From Cystobasidiomycetes sp. EMM_F5 (Eukaryota), in contig JBPGPT010000002.1 in the NCBI GenBank assembly GCA_051047955.1, positions 682,001 to 746,000 of the forward strand: 64,000 bases of DNA, read 5' to 3'. The stretch's first letter is position 1. Each line of letters starts with the position of its first letter. This document shows, piece by piece, positions 1 through 11,741 of this stretch. A model generated the notes under the pieces. That model saw nothing but the letters and a program-made list of their open reading frames with translations, was not told where the DNA came from and ran no database searches. A program made the translations under genes and the position numbers.

Positions 1-1232
1 TCCTCGTCGTCACTTTACGCGGTATCGCTACCGAAGTCTGCAAAAACACAGTCCTTGCTGGCATTGGCAAGCTGACCATACTGGACGACGCTGACGTGTG
101 CGAAGAAGATCTGGGCTGTGGCTTCTTCTTTCGCGAAGAGGATGTCGGCTCAAAAGTACGTATTTGGTCGTAAACAGCTAGCCAGGTGCCAACTCGACTT
201 GGACAAATGAGCTGACGGCGTCTTCTATGGTAGCGTGTTGTCTCTGCGCGGCCTCGAATAAACGCTCTCAACCCCAGAGTACATATAGAAAGCCAAAGCG
301 ACATGCAGCTTTTGGACAACGAAGAATCCCTAGCCCAATTCGACCTGGTTCTCCTCACCGACTCTGACCGAGACACTGTGGTATGCTCACGGTGTAGTCT
401 TTCGAGCCGGGTCTGAGCTGATCAAACGTTACAAGGTGCGCGTTAACGACTTGTGTCGGAAACGTAATGTCAAGTTTTACGCGAGTAGCAGCTACGGCTT
501 GCATGGGTACATTTTCGCCGACCTCCTTTCCCACGAATGGATCATGTGAGTCTCTGCCTCGGCCTGCGAGTAGCACGTCTGGCTGAAATAGTATTGCTGC
601 CAATCATGGCCAGTGAACAAACACAGAAAGCGCCAGATCATAGATCAGCAGAAACATCCTCTTCCGCCGAAGCCATCAAAGTCAGTATCAAGAAAAACCA
701 ATCCTACGTTCCTTTTTCTCGAGCGCTGCAACACACTTGGGCCGGTACAGGCTCTCGAAAGCTGAAGAAGCTTACGCCGGTTGTTTATGCTATATTGGGT
801 GAGTGACCGCTGTCCGATGTTTACAAATAGGGTAAAATGCTGATGGTTCTAATTAGTCGTATGGGAATATCAATCTCGCAATTCGGGAGCCCTACCAAGC
901 GAGGAGGATCGTGCCTCAATTCTGCGGTCAATAGCCAATGAAGTCTTGCCCAAGCATGGACTGGATCCGAAATTGCTACCACAAGACCTTCTGCAGTTGG
1001 TCGGTTGTTAGAGCACAACGGATGGAATAGCTGATACGGTATATCGTTCAGACAATTCGCTTTAACGGCCTCAATGGAGTTTATGCCGGTTTGCGCAATC
1101 ATTGGCGGACTACTCGGCCAAGACGCACTGAATACACTCGGCGGCCGAGAAGCTCCCATAACGAATCTCTTCACTTTTGACGGCAGTACAAGTGCAGGAG
1201 ATTTCCATCGATTGTCAATCGATGCGGAATAG
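1..1232 (+). CDS. AOS1: SUMO-activating enzyme E1 subunit (Aos1/SAE1, ThiF family), 5'-truncated, multi-exon
   Basis: Spliced translation gives LVVTLRGIATEVCKNTVLAGIGKLTILDD...LNPRV...GLHGYIFADL and C-terminal FMPVCAIIGGLLGQDALNTLGGREAPITNLFTFDG; stop TAG at 1230-1232. Confidence 0.85.
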
Positions 1233-1436
1233 TGGAGGTGGACATATAAACCAGTTCGACCGAACAAGAATACTTTGACCAGTCGAGGCAGAGAGAATAT
1301 TGCCATAACAAGCGTGTCAACAACAGGACTGCCAGACATCAAAAGCTAAAGCTAAACTGCGGGTATAGTCAATACCAGACACTACTGACGAAGACTAGCT
1401 TCGCGAGAGACCATTCTTTGGGGGGAGGAAGGCAAA

Positions 1437-4190
1437 TCACACAGCACGGGAGGCTTGGCCGAAGACATGGTCGCTTTTGCTGCCTGTGAATATTACATTA
1501 GAACTGTTGCATGTGTTGTGGTACTGCTGCCAATTGCAGAATCGTGGGCTGTTGTAATGATCAGTGCATCCCCGCAGCTCCTTCAATATGTTTCCTCCCG
1601 CTATCCTGTGCCTGTACTTGGATAACATGTCCAACAGTGTGGCACTATCGTCGCCACCTTGCGGGAAAGCCTGATAAATGCTTCGCCAGAGTTTACTGTC
1701 GCCTGTCATCCCGGCTTTCAACATCTGGTTAATCCATTTTAGCGCTAATCTCGGCGAGCCGCTCGCGATGACGGAAAGTATGATCCCGAGGTCCGCGAGG
1801 GAAGGGGTCAAGCGTTGTCGTAGAAGAAGCTCGAGGACATCTGCTGCTCCTTGTGCGTCATGGTTTACAATGCATGCGCGTAGGACGGAAGTCATCTGGC
1901 ACGGATCCAGATCCGCTCGATTAGATCTCTCAGTCAGAAAGCTGTCGATGACAGAACGACTATCTGGGTCTACCGCTTTGCTGTTGGACTTGCTTCGCAT
2001 CAGATCTGCCAGTGGTACGAGGTTACGGGTGTTCGGCGTAAAGCCCGAGTGCTTGAAGATCTGGTATATTTCCCGTAGATCAGCGAGCATATCGCCTAAA
2101 GACTGCTGTGAAATCCGCTTGCGCGTAGTGTGTAGTGCGAACAGCAGTTCCTGCAACAGATAGTTTGCAGAACCTTCGGTGCACGCGCTGAAAAGGCTTT
2201 GTTGCTGAACGGAATGTAGAGTGACTTTGATCAATACAGCTAGGTCTGCGGAAGGGGACAGCGGATCCGTCGAGTCGCTTCCGGAGCTTGAATCGACGGT
2301 ATCTCCACGCGTGGCTCTATACGGACCCACCGCAGAGCGAGCAAGATGAGCTAATTGAGATGCGCTTAGTACCCGCAGTCCAGCAACTTCGCCATGCGGC
2401 AGTGCGCAACTGAGAGCCTTCCAGACGAGTGAGGCAGAAGAAGCACGGACCCGCTTACCGAGAGCACCCTCAGGCAACGCGGTATCAAAGAAAAGTCGTA
2501 AGAGCTGGCGCCACTGCTCATCGACAGGCGGCGACGACATGGATGAACCTCCCGTCTGTAAGTGTACTTTGCCCGTCAAGGCGAGGATGAGCGAACCTGC
2601 TACTCTTCCTACCCATCGTCCATCAATGGCAGACGCATTCAATGCACTCGTGCAGACGTCGATGAATATGGCAGCATCTACGGACGCATCTGTTTGTGGA
2701 ACAGGCTCGAGCAAGCGCAAAAGCAAGGTCGCTCGCTCATGCGCACGATAGGTTTCGGAATAACAGGTGATGATGATGCGTAGAAGCGTCTGGTGGAGAA
2801 CTTGCGTGCCGGATGCCGCTGCCTCTAGGGGTGTTGCCGAAAAAGAAGACGCTACTCGACTGAAGACTGATTCCCGCTTGCTGATGAGCGCGAGAAGCTG
2901 AGACCGTTGTAGGAGGAAAGACGGTATGATGCCAGATCTTAGCACGTCGTGCAAGATAAGCGACATGTCATTTCGAAACGACTCTCCAAATTCAACCGCT
3001 CCATCAGATGCTCCACTCGGATCGGAAGTCTCGGGCGCAGTGACTGTATGAGCTGGTTTGGTTAGAAAATACGGGAAACAAACATGCGTAAAGAGATCGA
3101 GCGCTAGTACAGGGTTGTCGTTTATGCCAGCAAGGAAAAGAAGGTGACGAAGGGAACGCGTATTTGGTTTGCGAAGCTGAATTTTTGTTTGACCAGAGCT
3201 CCCGGTGAATGGCGGCTCTTCGTTGAGCAGGTATTCCAAAAGCTTTTTAGCAGGGGCTGCTTCCATCTGAACGCCTTCTCCGCCCAGGTCCCACAATCTT
3301 TGCCATGCAGTGAAGTAGATTGCATCGTTGACCAAAGGGTAGCGCTTCGCAGCGTCATACCTCACTGCACTAACACGATGTGCGTGATGTGCATGAATCG
3401 GACGGTTCACATTCCTCAGAATGAGAATAGCCTCCAACGCTGTACGTTCGAGACTCGAGTTGAACTTCTGATCATGCTCTCGAAGCGCGTCCCAGATCGC
3501 AATGTTATCAACGAAAGAAAGGCCTTGGTCGCTAGCTGCCAATGACAGCTGAGCAGCCCGTTCGTGAATCTTGGGTAAGATAGACAATGATTGCCAATTG
3601 TACAAAACATCTGCAGTCTCTTCAAGAGTGTGCAGGTGAGTGTCGGCTACTGTCGCAGCTGCTGCAGCGGATGTGCTGTCTGCCAGAATGGGCGTGGCGG
3701 ACGCATCGATGGTATGGGGTGATGCATCTGCTATATGCAACGCAGCGGCAGCCGGACCAGCAATTTTATCTTCAGACTTCAACGCTTCCTGATCTGCGAT
3801 GCGCCATTGTGCGAAAAATGCAGCAGACGATCGCAGCGGTGCTGATTTGGCCTTCTTCTTGGCGTCTGCGCCAGCGTTGAGTACATCGTTCTCTCTCAAC
3901 TTGCCAGCAGTCTCGACACTGTCGCTTCCATGACGTTCTAGCCAGTCTTTGAACAGTCCTTGCGTACTTTTCCTCCCCAACTGACTTGCTAACCCAGGTG
4001 CAAGCGCGAGTCTACCCCGGTGCAGCCAAGCGGCGGCTTTCTGACCTAATACATTCGGTGGAGCCAATTGAGCGGTTATGCCGGAGGAATGATTCGAATC
4101 GAGTATCGCAATCGTTGACACAGATTTCCATGGATGCCGCGATGAGGACCGGAAGGTCAGCCGGAAGCTGCAAGCCTGAGAAAGAGCCAA
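1437..4190 (-). CDS. Large helical-repeat (PPR-like) protein, probably mitochondrial; 3' end may be spliced
   Basis: 917-aa ORF; Arg/Ser-rich N-terminus resembling a presequence; C-terminal PPR-like units (MTSVLRACIVNHDAQGAADVLELLLRQRLTPS; ALKWINQMLKAGMTGDSKLWRSI). Confidence 0.55.
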   Translation of the reverse strand: MALSQACSFRLTFRSSSRHPWKSVSTIAILDSNHSSGITAQLAPPNVLGQKAAAWLHRGRLALAPGLASQLGRKSTQGLFKDWLERHGSDSVETAGKLRENDVLNAGADAKKKAKSAPLRSSAAFFAQWRIADQEALKSEDKIAGPAAAALHIADASPHTIDASATPILADSTSAAAAATVADTHLHTLEETADVLYNWQSLSILPKIHERAAQLSLAASDQGLSFVDNIAIWDALREHDQKFNSSLERTALEAILILRNVNRPIHAHHAHRVSAVRYDAAKRYPLVNDAIYFTAWQRLWDLGGEGVQMEAAPAKKLLEYLLNEEPPFTGSSGQTKIQLRKPNTRSLRHLLFLAGINDNPVLALDLFTHVCFPYFLTKPAHTVTAPETSDPSGASDGAVEFGESFRNDMSLILHDVLRSGIIPSFLLQRSQLLALISKRESVFSRVASSFSATPLEAAASGTQVLHQTLLRIIITCYSETYRAHERATLLLRLLEPVPQTDASVDAAIFIDVCTSALNASAIDGRWVGRVAGSLILALTGKVHLQTGGSSMSSPPVDEQWRQLLRLFFDTALPEGALGKRVRASSASLVWKALSCALPHGEVAGLRVLSASQLAHLARSAVGPYRATRGDTVDSSSGSDSTDPLSPSADLAVLIKVTLHSVQQQSLFSACTEGSANYLLQELLFALHTTRKRISQQSLGDMLADLREIYQIFKHSGFTPNTRNLVPLADLMRSKSNSKAVDPDSRSVIDSFLTERSNRADLDPCQMTSVLRACIVNHDAQGAADVLELLLRQRLTPSLADLGIILSVIASGSPRLALKWINQMLKAGMTGDSKLWRSIYQAFPQGGDDSATLLDMLSKYRHRIAGGNILKELRGCTDHYNSPRFCNWQQYHNTCNSSNVIFTGSKSDHVFGQASRAV

Positions 4191-4514
4191 TATCTTGGAT
4201 GGAGCGACTATTCGCGTGTCAGGGAATTGTAGTGTGTGTGTTTAAAGAGTTGCGATGCAGCTGCCAATTGCCACTTGAGATTCGGATCGAGCACTTTTGG
4301 TGATAGCAGAGCAGCCAGGAAAGGGCGTCGATACGTGTCAGGACGTTTCAGATTTCGGAAATGGACATCATCCAACAGTTGTCTGCAAATGAAGCGTGTT
4401 GGGTGACTTTGATTTGGGCAGCTCCTTTACGATCAGCCAAATTGTCGACCTCTTCGTAAATTGCTGAGCGTTACACAAACCGCCAATTCGACTACTAGCT
4501 ATCTGCACGCCGAC

Positions 4515-5192
4515 ATGGGCAAATCAGGTTAGAATGGCAGTGCGCGGTTGCGACAACTATTCATTGACAGAAATGCTCTTTACATTGACGCATATATAGC
4601 CAAAATTTACAAGCGTTCCAACAAGAAGGAGAAACTTGGACTATCCTCATCCTCCACTCCCTCCCGCTCATCCTCATCCGCCGCTAACAGTAAACCGCCA
4701 ATGGCTCGCCATGCGCCCATCAGTGCGACGATAGCGTCAATGGGCGGGGCAAGTACCAATAAAACTGCTGCAAGTGCGCGATTCGTGGAGGATGCTGCTG
4801 CTCGCTCCGCCGTCGAACAGCGCGCAGCCAAATTGCTGCTGGAGGCGGAGAAGCGTGATGCCATACGAAGAGGGAAAGAAGCGGTCGATTCTGCCGGCAG
4901 TGACCATGAAGATCGAGATGAGGATATGGATGAGGACACGACAACGAGCGGTATAATGCAACAACAGCCTAAAGCGAAAAAGTCTACGGGTGGAGCTGCT
5001 GGATTGAAACAGAAAATTGCAAAGCGGAGAGCTTCTGGCAAAGGCAAGGACGATCATACCACGCCAAAGCACGACTATGTCGACTTATTGTAGGTCACCC
5101 CGTCCACCCAGTGACCGAGACTACGTGTTAATTATTGGCACTGCGTCTTACTTTATTGCCAATGCAGCGAGGGCAAGAAACCGAGACGGTAG
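4515..5192 (+). CDS. Small basic/charged hypothetical protein (MGKSAKIYKR...KHDYVDLFEGKKPRR), 3 exons
   Basis: ATG 4515; introns at about 4528-4598 and 5090-5167 restore a continuous frame ending at TAG 5190-5192; Lys-rich, possibly nuclear/nucleolar. Confidence 0.65.
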
Positions 5193-5393
5193 TAAAGGTT
5201 CTTTCGGCGTGAGGGAGGGTTCTCAGTACCAAGAGGAAGTGATGTTGTTGTTTACCATGCTCGTCTGAGCATCCCATACGGATCATACTACTCTTGCTGA
5301 CCGAGTTCGAGTGGCGACTTTGCGACAAATTCACCATGATGTCGCCGTTGTGTCTCTTTGCATCAATCACTGCAGCACTGAAAGCAGTACACC

Positions 5394-5975
5394 ATGGCCA
5401 CTCCACGCATCACTCGCAGCGCACTGCGGTCACTGCACTCGTCGTACGTCCAGACGGCGCAGAGTTTCCAGTCTTACAATTTCCGCGAGTACTTTGTGCG
5501 GCTGTCGGATCGCAAGTTTGGCAAAGAACTGGAGCAATTGGGCCTTGCCAGTCAGGTCGGACAGTCTGGCAGCACCACATCATCATCATCATCATCAGCG
5601 CCGTCCTCCGCTTCCGCCTCGTCTTCAACAACCTCCCCGACATCCACATCTACATCAGAATCGGAAGACCTGCTGTCAAGTCTGAGTGCCGAACAGCAAG
5701 AGCGGATACAGTCTTGGTGGAACAGAGCAAACAGCGAACTAGCGCAACTGCAGCGAGCGAGCGTGGTCAACAATCTATTCATTGCGCCCAAGCTGGTCGT
5801 CGAAGGCCGAGGCAACGTGATGGTCTCGGGCGGTGGTGGTGCTGGAATGGAAGCTGGGTTAGTGCTTACGTCCGGTAGTATGTGCAGCAGCTGATGTGAT
5901 CACATCTCCTATAAACGCAGAGCTGGAGGCGCAGGTCAAGACATCGACCCAAAAACAGACGTCAAGAGTGCGTAA
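5394..5975 (+). CDS. ISD11: LYR-family Fe-S cluster assembly factor Isd11/LYRM4 with Ser/Thr-rich insertion
   Basis: AQSFQSYNFREYFVR and ELAQLQRASVVNNLFIAPKLVVE match Isd11 motifs; one 3' intron ending at 5920; stop 5973-5975. Confidence 0.8.
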
Positions 5976-6606
5976 AGAGGTGGGAAGCGAAGCACTTAGG
6001 ACTGTAAAGTACGCCAATGGTGAAAGAGCAGTCATGTAGCAATAGTACACCCGCATAGGCAGTTTTGTAATTGTCAGAGTCCTTTACAAGCCATCTTCAA
6101 TGCCTTCGGATTCCATTAAATCAACGCTGGAACATGAAGTGGTCAATGCAGCTATCAATCACTACAGTCATTGGCTGCCACATCATGCAGTACCCTGCAG
6201 TCCCAGCTGTCTCGCCGCTTCTTTTGATGCCTTTTTACATCCTCGCTGTCGGGTCAACGAGTCCAGAAGCTGTCGGACGGCTCTGACATCTTTTGTCTGG
6301 AAAGCCTTACAACCTACAGTCGCGATACTAATACAGCTGCTTATTGGTGACCATGTACTGACCATTCCTGTTGCTGATTCGCCTCGTTATCAGTCTGTAG
6401 CTGCCCCCAAACGCTGACTATTTCGACCCCTCTGGGTTGACGCTCGACGCTGTTATCGCTCGTTCAACAGGCTTTTCAACATCTTCTAAAAGGTCGCGCA
6501 GGTGCGGCGTGACGCCGTGTTCCGGTCTTTGTCTCTTTCCACAAAAGACACATAAGGCGGATCTCGCAGACGCCGTCAATCGTCCCGCTGTCTCCGCCAA
6601 CCTGGA

Positions 6607-9525
6607 ATGTCTCGGGACCCTACCATCTCAACGACTAATTACACTGAAAGCCCGCAGCGCCGTCGTGTGCGCGAACCGTCACCCACCGAATCTTACCTGC
6701 ACATGGTAGACTCCGCAACGACTCTCAACGCCGCTACAGACTCTACCGCGACCATAGTCCCGCATCGTCAGCACAGTCGTGTACCGACACCGGCCGTCAT
6801 GCCGATTCCTACCAACGATGTACAGACCAACGGCTGGGACGCAGCAGGACACGCTCGCGATGATTCAGGAACATACTCTACCCTAAGCTCTTCCGCCCTA
6901 GGCAGTATCGGAGTACCGCCAATGCAGACAATTGGCGTTGCGAGGGGTGCAGAGCTGGTCAGAACTAGACCGCAAATCCTCGCTCCTTCTCCCAGGCAAC
7001 ATCAACTGGATAACCTGAATCCTGTCAGAAATGCTGCAGCTAATCGCTCATTGCCAGACTTTCGATCTCTCGAGTGCGTACAATGACAAGCACCGCTTGT
7101 CAAACATTTTCTGATAACGTCGGTTCTGCTTCACCTAGGCCCGAACCCGAGATGAGCAACGAGCGACCAATTGACGCTCTCTTCTCTGGTCCTACCCCTC
7201 CCTTGCCCAGCAGTACAGATGTAGCCAATCATCATGGGCCGGTTGCCGACAGTGACAGCGAAACAGAGGAGGAGCGCATCTACATGGACAACCTCGCAAG
7301 GCGTGTCATACCGGAGCTGCTAAAATCTCGACCTGCTGATCGGCTAAACCACAGTGACAATGAACGAGCACGCGAAAGGAGTCGCTTCTATGGCCTGTCG
7401 CGGTCCAATGCGGATGGCACTACTACTACCCAGAGGCAAGGCGGCGTTCTGAGTGCAGAAGCATTGCATGGTGAGTGACAAGCACGTCACCTACGCCGTT
7501 GTAGTAGAGCTGAATTTATCAACTACATAGCACACAACGCTTTGCAAGACCAGACACGCACCGTCGCAATGCCATTCTCGCAATCGACGTATCAAGTGCC
7601 TCAGGTCGGGCAGGATCACTCTACCCAACACTTCGTCGTGCTTCCGCAACAGCCTATATATACGCCCGAGATCAACAATGAGGTTCCACGAGCAACGAAG
7701 ACATCAAAAGATACGCTCGGCTCGCCCTTCAATGCCGTTGCCGATGCTGCAGCTGCTATCGTTCGTCCTGGAAATGCTAGACATGCATCGTCTACGTCTG
7801 TGGATGTCACAAAAACCGGCGTAGGCAAACCGAGCGGGCCAGGCCAGTCTAGACGCGAGAGTGGATCAAAGGTTGGCTATTCATCAGTGGTTACTGCAGC
7901 CGCACAGCAAGCTGATCCGAATAATGGCACGTTCTGGAAAAACAAGGCGTTTCCTTCCGTTGCCGATATGGAGGCACAAGCACAAGCGATCGCAGATGCG
8001 AAAGTGGTTCATCGGGAAGCATCCTTCACTGTCAAACCCAGTTCCAGCTATATAAAGAGCAAGAACAGTCGAGACAGCACCACACTGGGACAACCTCCGC
8101 GCAAACGTGTTCCTCCTCCGATCTCAGGCTCTACCGCTAGACCTCGCAAAGTCAGCGCTGCCGGATCTGATGTTTCGGTCAAGAAGGATGATCTTCTTGA
8201 ACGATTAGCTGAAGCTCTTAGGACCGAGCGAAGGATTCGAGCTGACTTTGAAGCGGAGTTGCAAATAGCAAATGATGATCTTGACAAGGTCAGTATAGAA
8301 CGACCGGGATCACTTGTGTGTATGCTGCAACTGATTGCTACACTCTTACTAATCTAGATTCTCGAAGTCGAAAAGCTGCGCGATGAAGAGATGGATCGCC
8401 TTTCGGCTCGCCATCAACGCGACAAGATCATTATTTCGCAGCTGAAGCTGAAGATAGAGAAACAGGCTCTGGCAATCCGGACTGCGGAGGATATACCGGC
8501 ACATGAAGCAGAAGAATATCTGGATTTACTAGAATTAGGTCAAGAAACCATTCGGAGAGGCAGTGGAAATAGACATGGCGGTCGAAATGCATCTTATTGG
8601 CATAAGGATATTTTGAAGGACACTACCGCTCTTTCATCTTCGGATGAGGATCAAGGACGAGGTGACGAGTCTGTAATCGTTCACGATCATCAGAATGGTC
8701 AAGAGAAAAGCATGCAAGAGCTCATAAGAGAGCAAGATGCAGCTGGCGATGTCACAACCGCAGAGTGGACGCGCCAAGCAATTGACGATGTAAATGCTAG
8801 GCGCGCACGCTTCAAGGAGAAAATGAAGTCGCAGTGAGTCAGGAGAGCGAGTCCTTCCACTCTACATCGACTTATTACCATATGTCTAATAGGCAAGCGA
8901 CTGACCGCCAAAAACCCACGATATCAAGCGACTTGGCTAACGAATCGACCGTGCCATCGGAGAACGTCTACCCAGTCATCAGCTCCACTGTAGAAGGTCC
9001 CCCTGGCAGGGTTCGCAAGTTGTCCAGTGGCATAAAAGACACACTCATGAGAACATTCGGCCGAGGAGGAAGCGTCCACCAGCGGCTTGCACTCACCACG
9101 GAAGGCAAATACGTCGATGCTCAAGTGCCACTCAGCTCGCCCCTTACTGGCGTCGGCGCAGCGAATAGTGCTGCCTCGCTTGTCCGACCGGGCGGAGCCG
9201 TTGGGCAAAGCCTACCCGCCGTACCCGCTGATCCAGAAGCTTCCGCCAAGAAGGCTAAAGGTGGCCGTATGTCGGCCCTGATGGCTCCTCAATCGGCTGC
9301 AGGCGGTACGTGGGGACGCAGCTCGTCCATGGATGTTCCGCGCCCTCTAAAATACAGACCAATGAACCATCTGAGCGATTTTATATCCCTCTTTCGCGGC
9401 CATCATCGGCCGCATTACCTAACCTTCCTCCCAATACAAACAGAGAAACGAGGACCTGGAGCCAGCAACTGCCCAAGGAGACTATCAAGCTAGCCAACGA
9501 GGGACCTACGAGTGCTTGGAGCTAG
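6607..9525 (+). CDS. Multi-exon low-complexity/coiled-coil hypothetical protein (3' end approximate)
   Basis: Consecutive + strand ORFs (6607, 7074, 7542, 8391, 8834) separated by GT..AG introns; coiled-coil segment LLERLAEALRTERRIRADFEAELQ. Confidence 0.55.
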
Positions 9526-9745
9526 CTCATCTTGGACTGACATACACGAAGGATTGTATTGCTATTGGATTGGTATTGCGGAGCCCTGGGACGCATAATT
9601 ATGATGCTGCGAAGCTTTCGTTAGTACTGATGAGACATCAGAAGCGTTGTTAGAATGAGACTTTTTGCCTTCGTCTCTCGTCGTCTTTGCAATATCTTGC
9701 TCCACATCTACTTATTCCTGCCCACCAACCGGTCATCCACCCAGC

Positions 9746-11384
9746 ATGACGCATCTTCTGCAGCCAAACCTGCTCAAGCTGTTTGCACCGCGGCCTCCAG
9801 TGCCATACCTGGCACCGGTAGCGAGGGATCCAACGATATCGCTGGGCAAGAAACTGTCTGGCGTTGCTGCGATTCTCGAGGAGCTCCGCGAGAAGACGGC
9901 GCTGGACGATGCAGCGGACGACGAGGCCAACCAGCGACGGCCAGAGGGCACAGCGACGTCGGCGACAGCTGCCGTAAAGGCAAAGGCTGCGGCTGCAGTC
10001 AAGGCTGAGCCTGATGCGGATGGAGCCAACGGCGAAATGGCGGTAGACGGGCCAGCAGTCAAGGCTGAAGTCAAGAAGGAGGAGTCTGTCAATGGCAAGG
10101 ACGCTGAAATGGAGGAGGGCGAAGAGCCGGGCGAGGTGCCTCAAGCCGAAGCGCCGTCGACGAAAGCAGAACAAAAAACGGCCAGCAGTTCCAAAGGCCT
10201 GACTTATACGGAAGCGGAGAAGTACAGGCAACGAGTACTCGAACGCAAACGGAAGCGCGAAGAAAACTTTGCGAAAGCGCTCAGTGAATGTCGGTTGCAA
10301 TCCGTCAAGCTCGTTTGCATTTTGATAATAGCTGACAGTGCGCGCTCGCAGACAAGCCAACAGAAGACAAAGAAGCTGTGGGAGATGCATACAAGACGCT
10401 GTTCATATCACGCCTCGCTTATGAGGCAACGGAGGACGATTTGCGACGAGAATTTTCATACTATGGTCCAATCGAACGCATTCGCATCATTCGAGACTCT
10501 TCCGGCAAGAAGAAGGGTAAGAGTCGAGGTTATGCCTTTGTGCTGTACGAGAGCGAACGAGACATGAAAGGTCTGTTAAATTCACTTCATCGAGGTATCT
10601 GACATGAAACTGATTTTACTTGACACTGGTAGCCGCCTACAAGGACGCAGACGGGATCAAAATTCTCGGTCGCAAGATACTAGTCGATGTGGAGCGCGGG
10701 CGTACCGTCAAAGGCTGGAAGCCTCGTCGATTAGGAGGCGGCTTGGGTGGCCGTCCAAAACCTGTGGCGCCCGCACCTCCGTCCTTCCCTACCTTCACAG
10801 GCGGAAGCGGTGGAGGCTTCAGAGGCGGAGGCAGAGGTGGAGGTGGATTCGGAAGCCGAGGAGGTGGTAACTTTGGAGGAGGTGACCGTGGTGGTGGATC
10901 TGGACGAGGAGGCGGCTTTGGTGATCGCGGTCCGCCAAGAGGAGGAGGTGTAGGCTTCAGAGGTGGCTTTTCTGGCGGCAGCGGAGGAGGAGGAGGAGGT
11001 AACTTTGGAGATCGGAATTCTGGTCCATCAAACAGTGGTCCGCCAGGCGGCGGCTTCAATCAGCGGGCGATGATTGGCCAGCAAGGCTCCGGATGGGGTG
11101 CACGAGCAGGCGGTGGAGCATCTAACGGTATGGGATCTTCATCAGGCGGCGGCCCTCCTTCGTCTGGACATTCGGATTATCCTCCGCGGGGCGCAGCAAC
11201 TGGGTATTCTCGAGGCGGGAATGAATTTGAAGTTCCCAGACAACCGATGAGTTCAGGCGGTGGATTCAATGCTCCGCCTCAGTCTTCAACAAACAACAGC
11301 GGAGGAGGCTCATACAATGGCAGGGACAGCGGGCGAGATAGCAGGGACAGGGACGAGCGTGACTATAAGCGTCCAAGGTATTGA
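9746..11384 (+). CDS. SNP1: U1 snRNP 70 kDa protein
   Basis: [19 protein letters not shown]-terminus; [15 protein letters not shown]...KSRGYAF...[30 protein letters not shown]-rich tail; two introns. Confidence 0.95.
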
Positions 11385-11741
11385 CGGGGCTCTTCTTCGA
11401 TGGCATGCGCAGCCTCGAGTGGACCTACATCATCGACGAGTTCCACACAAACAAGCAAAGTTGATGTCGCCTTCAAATATTAGTGTTTCCTATGCTAGGA
11501 CGACGTAGGTTCCAGTTTGACTTGCTGTACTGAGCCCCATTGTAGCTTGATCAAGCAAATCTTTCTTTATGGGCAGTAGGTAAGCATTGCATGAGTAAGT
11601 GCTGCAGACTTTCCTGCAACAACACGCAATGTTCGGCAAGCTTACTACGCACGAAGATGACGACATGCATGCAGATATGGAATGGCAGGTATCCAGCGCG
11701 AATGACCGCTGTTTGCGTGGAAGCACCGTACTCTAGTCAAA

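Noticed and set aside
10637..11059. Pro-rich minus-strand ORF
   Set aside because: Antisense shadow of the Gly-rich U1-70K tail
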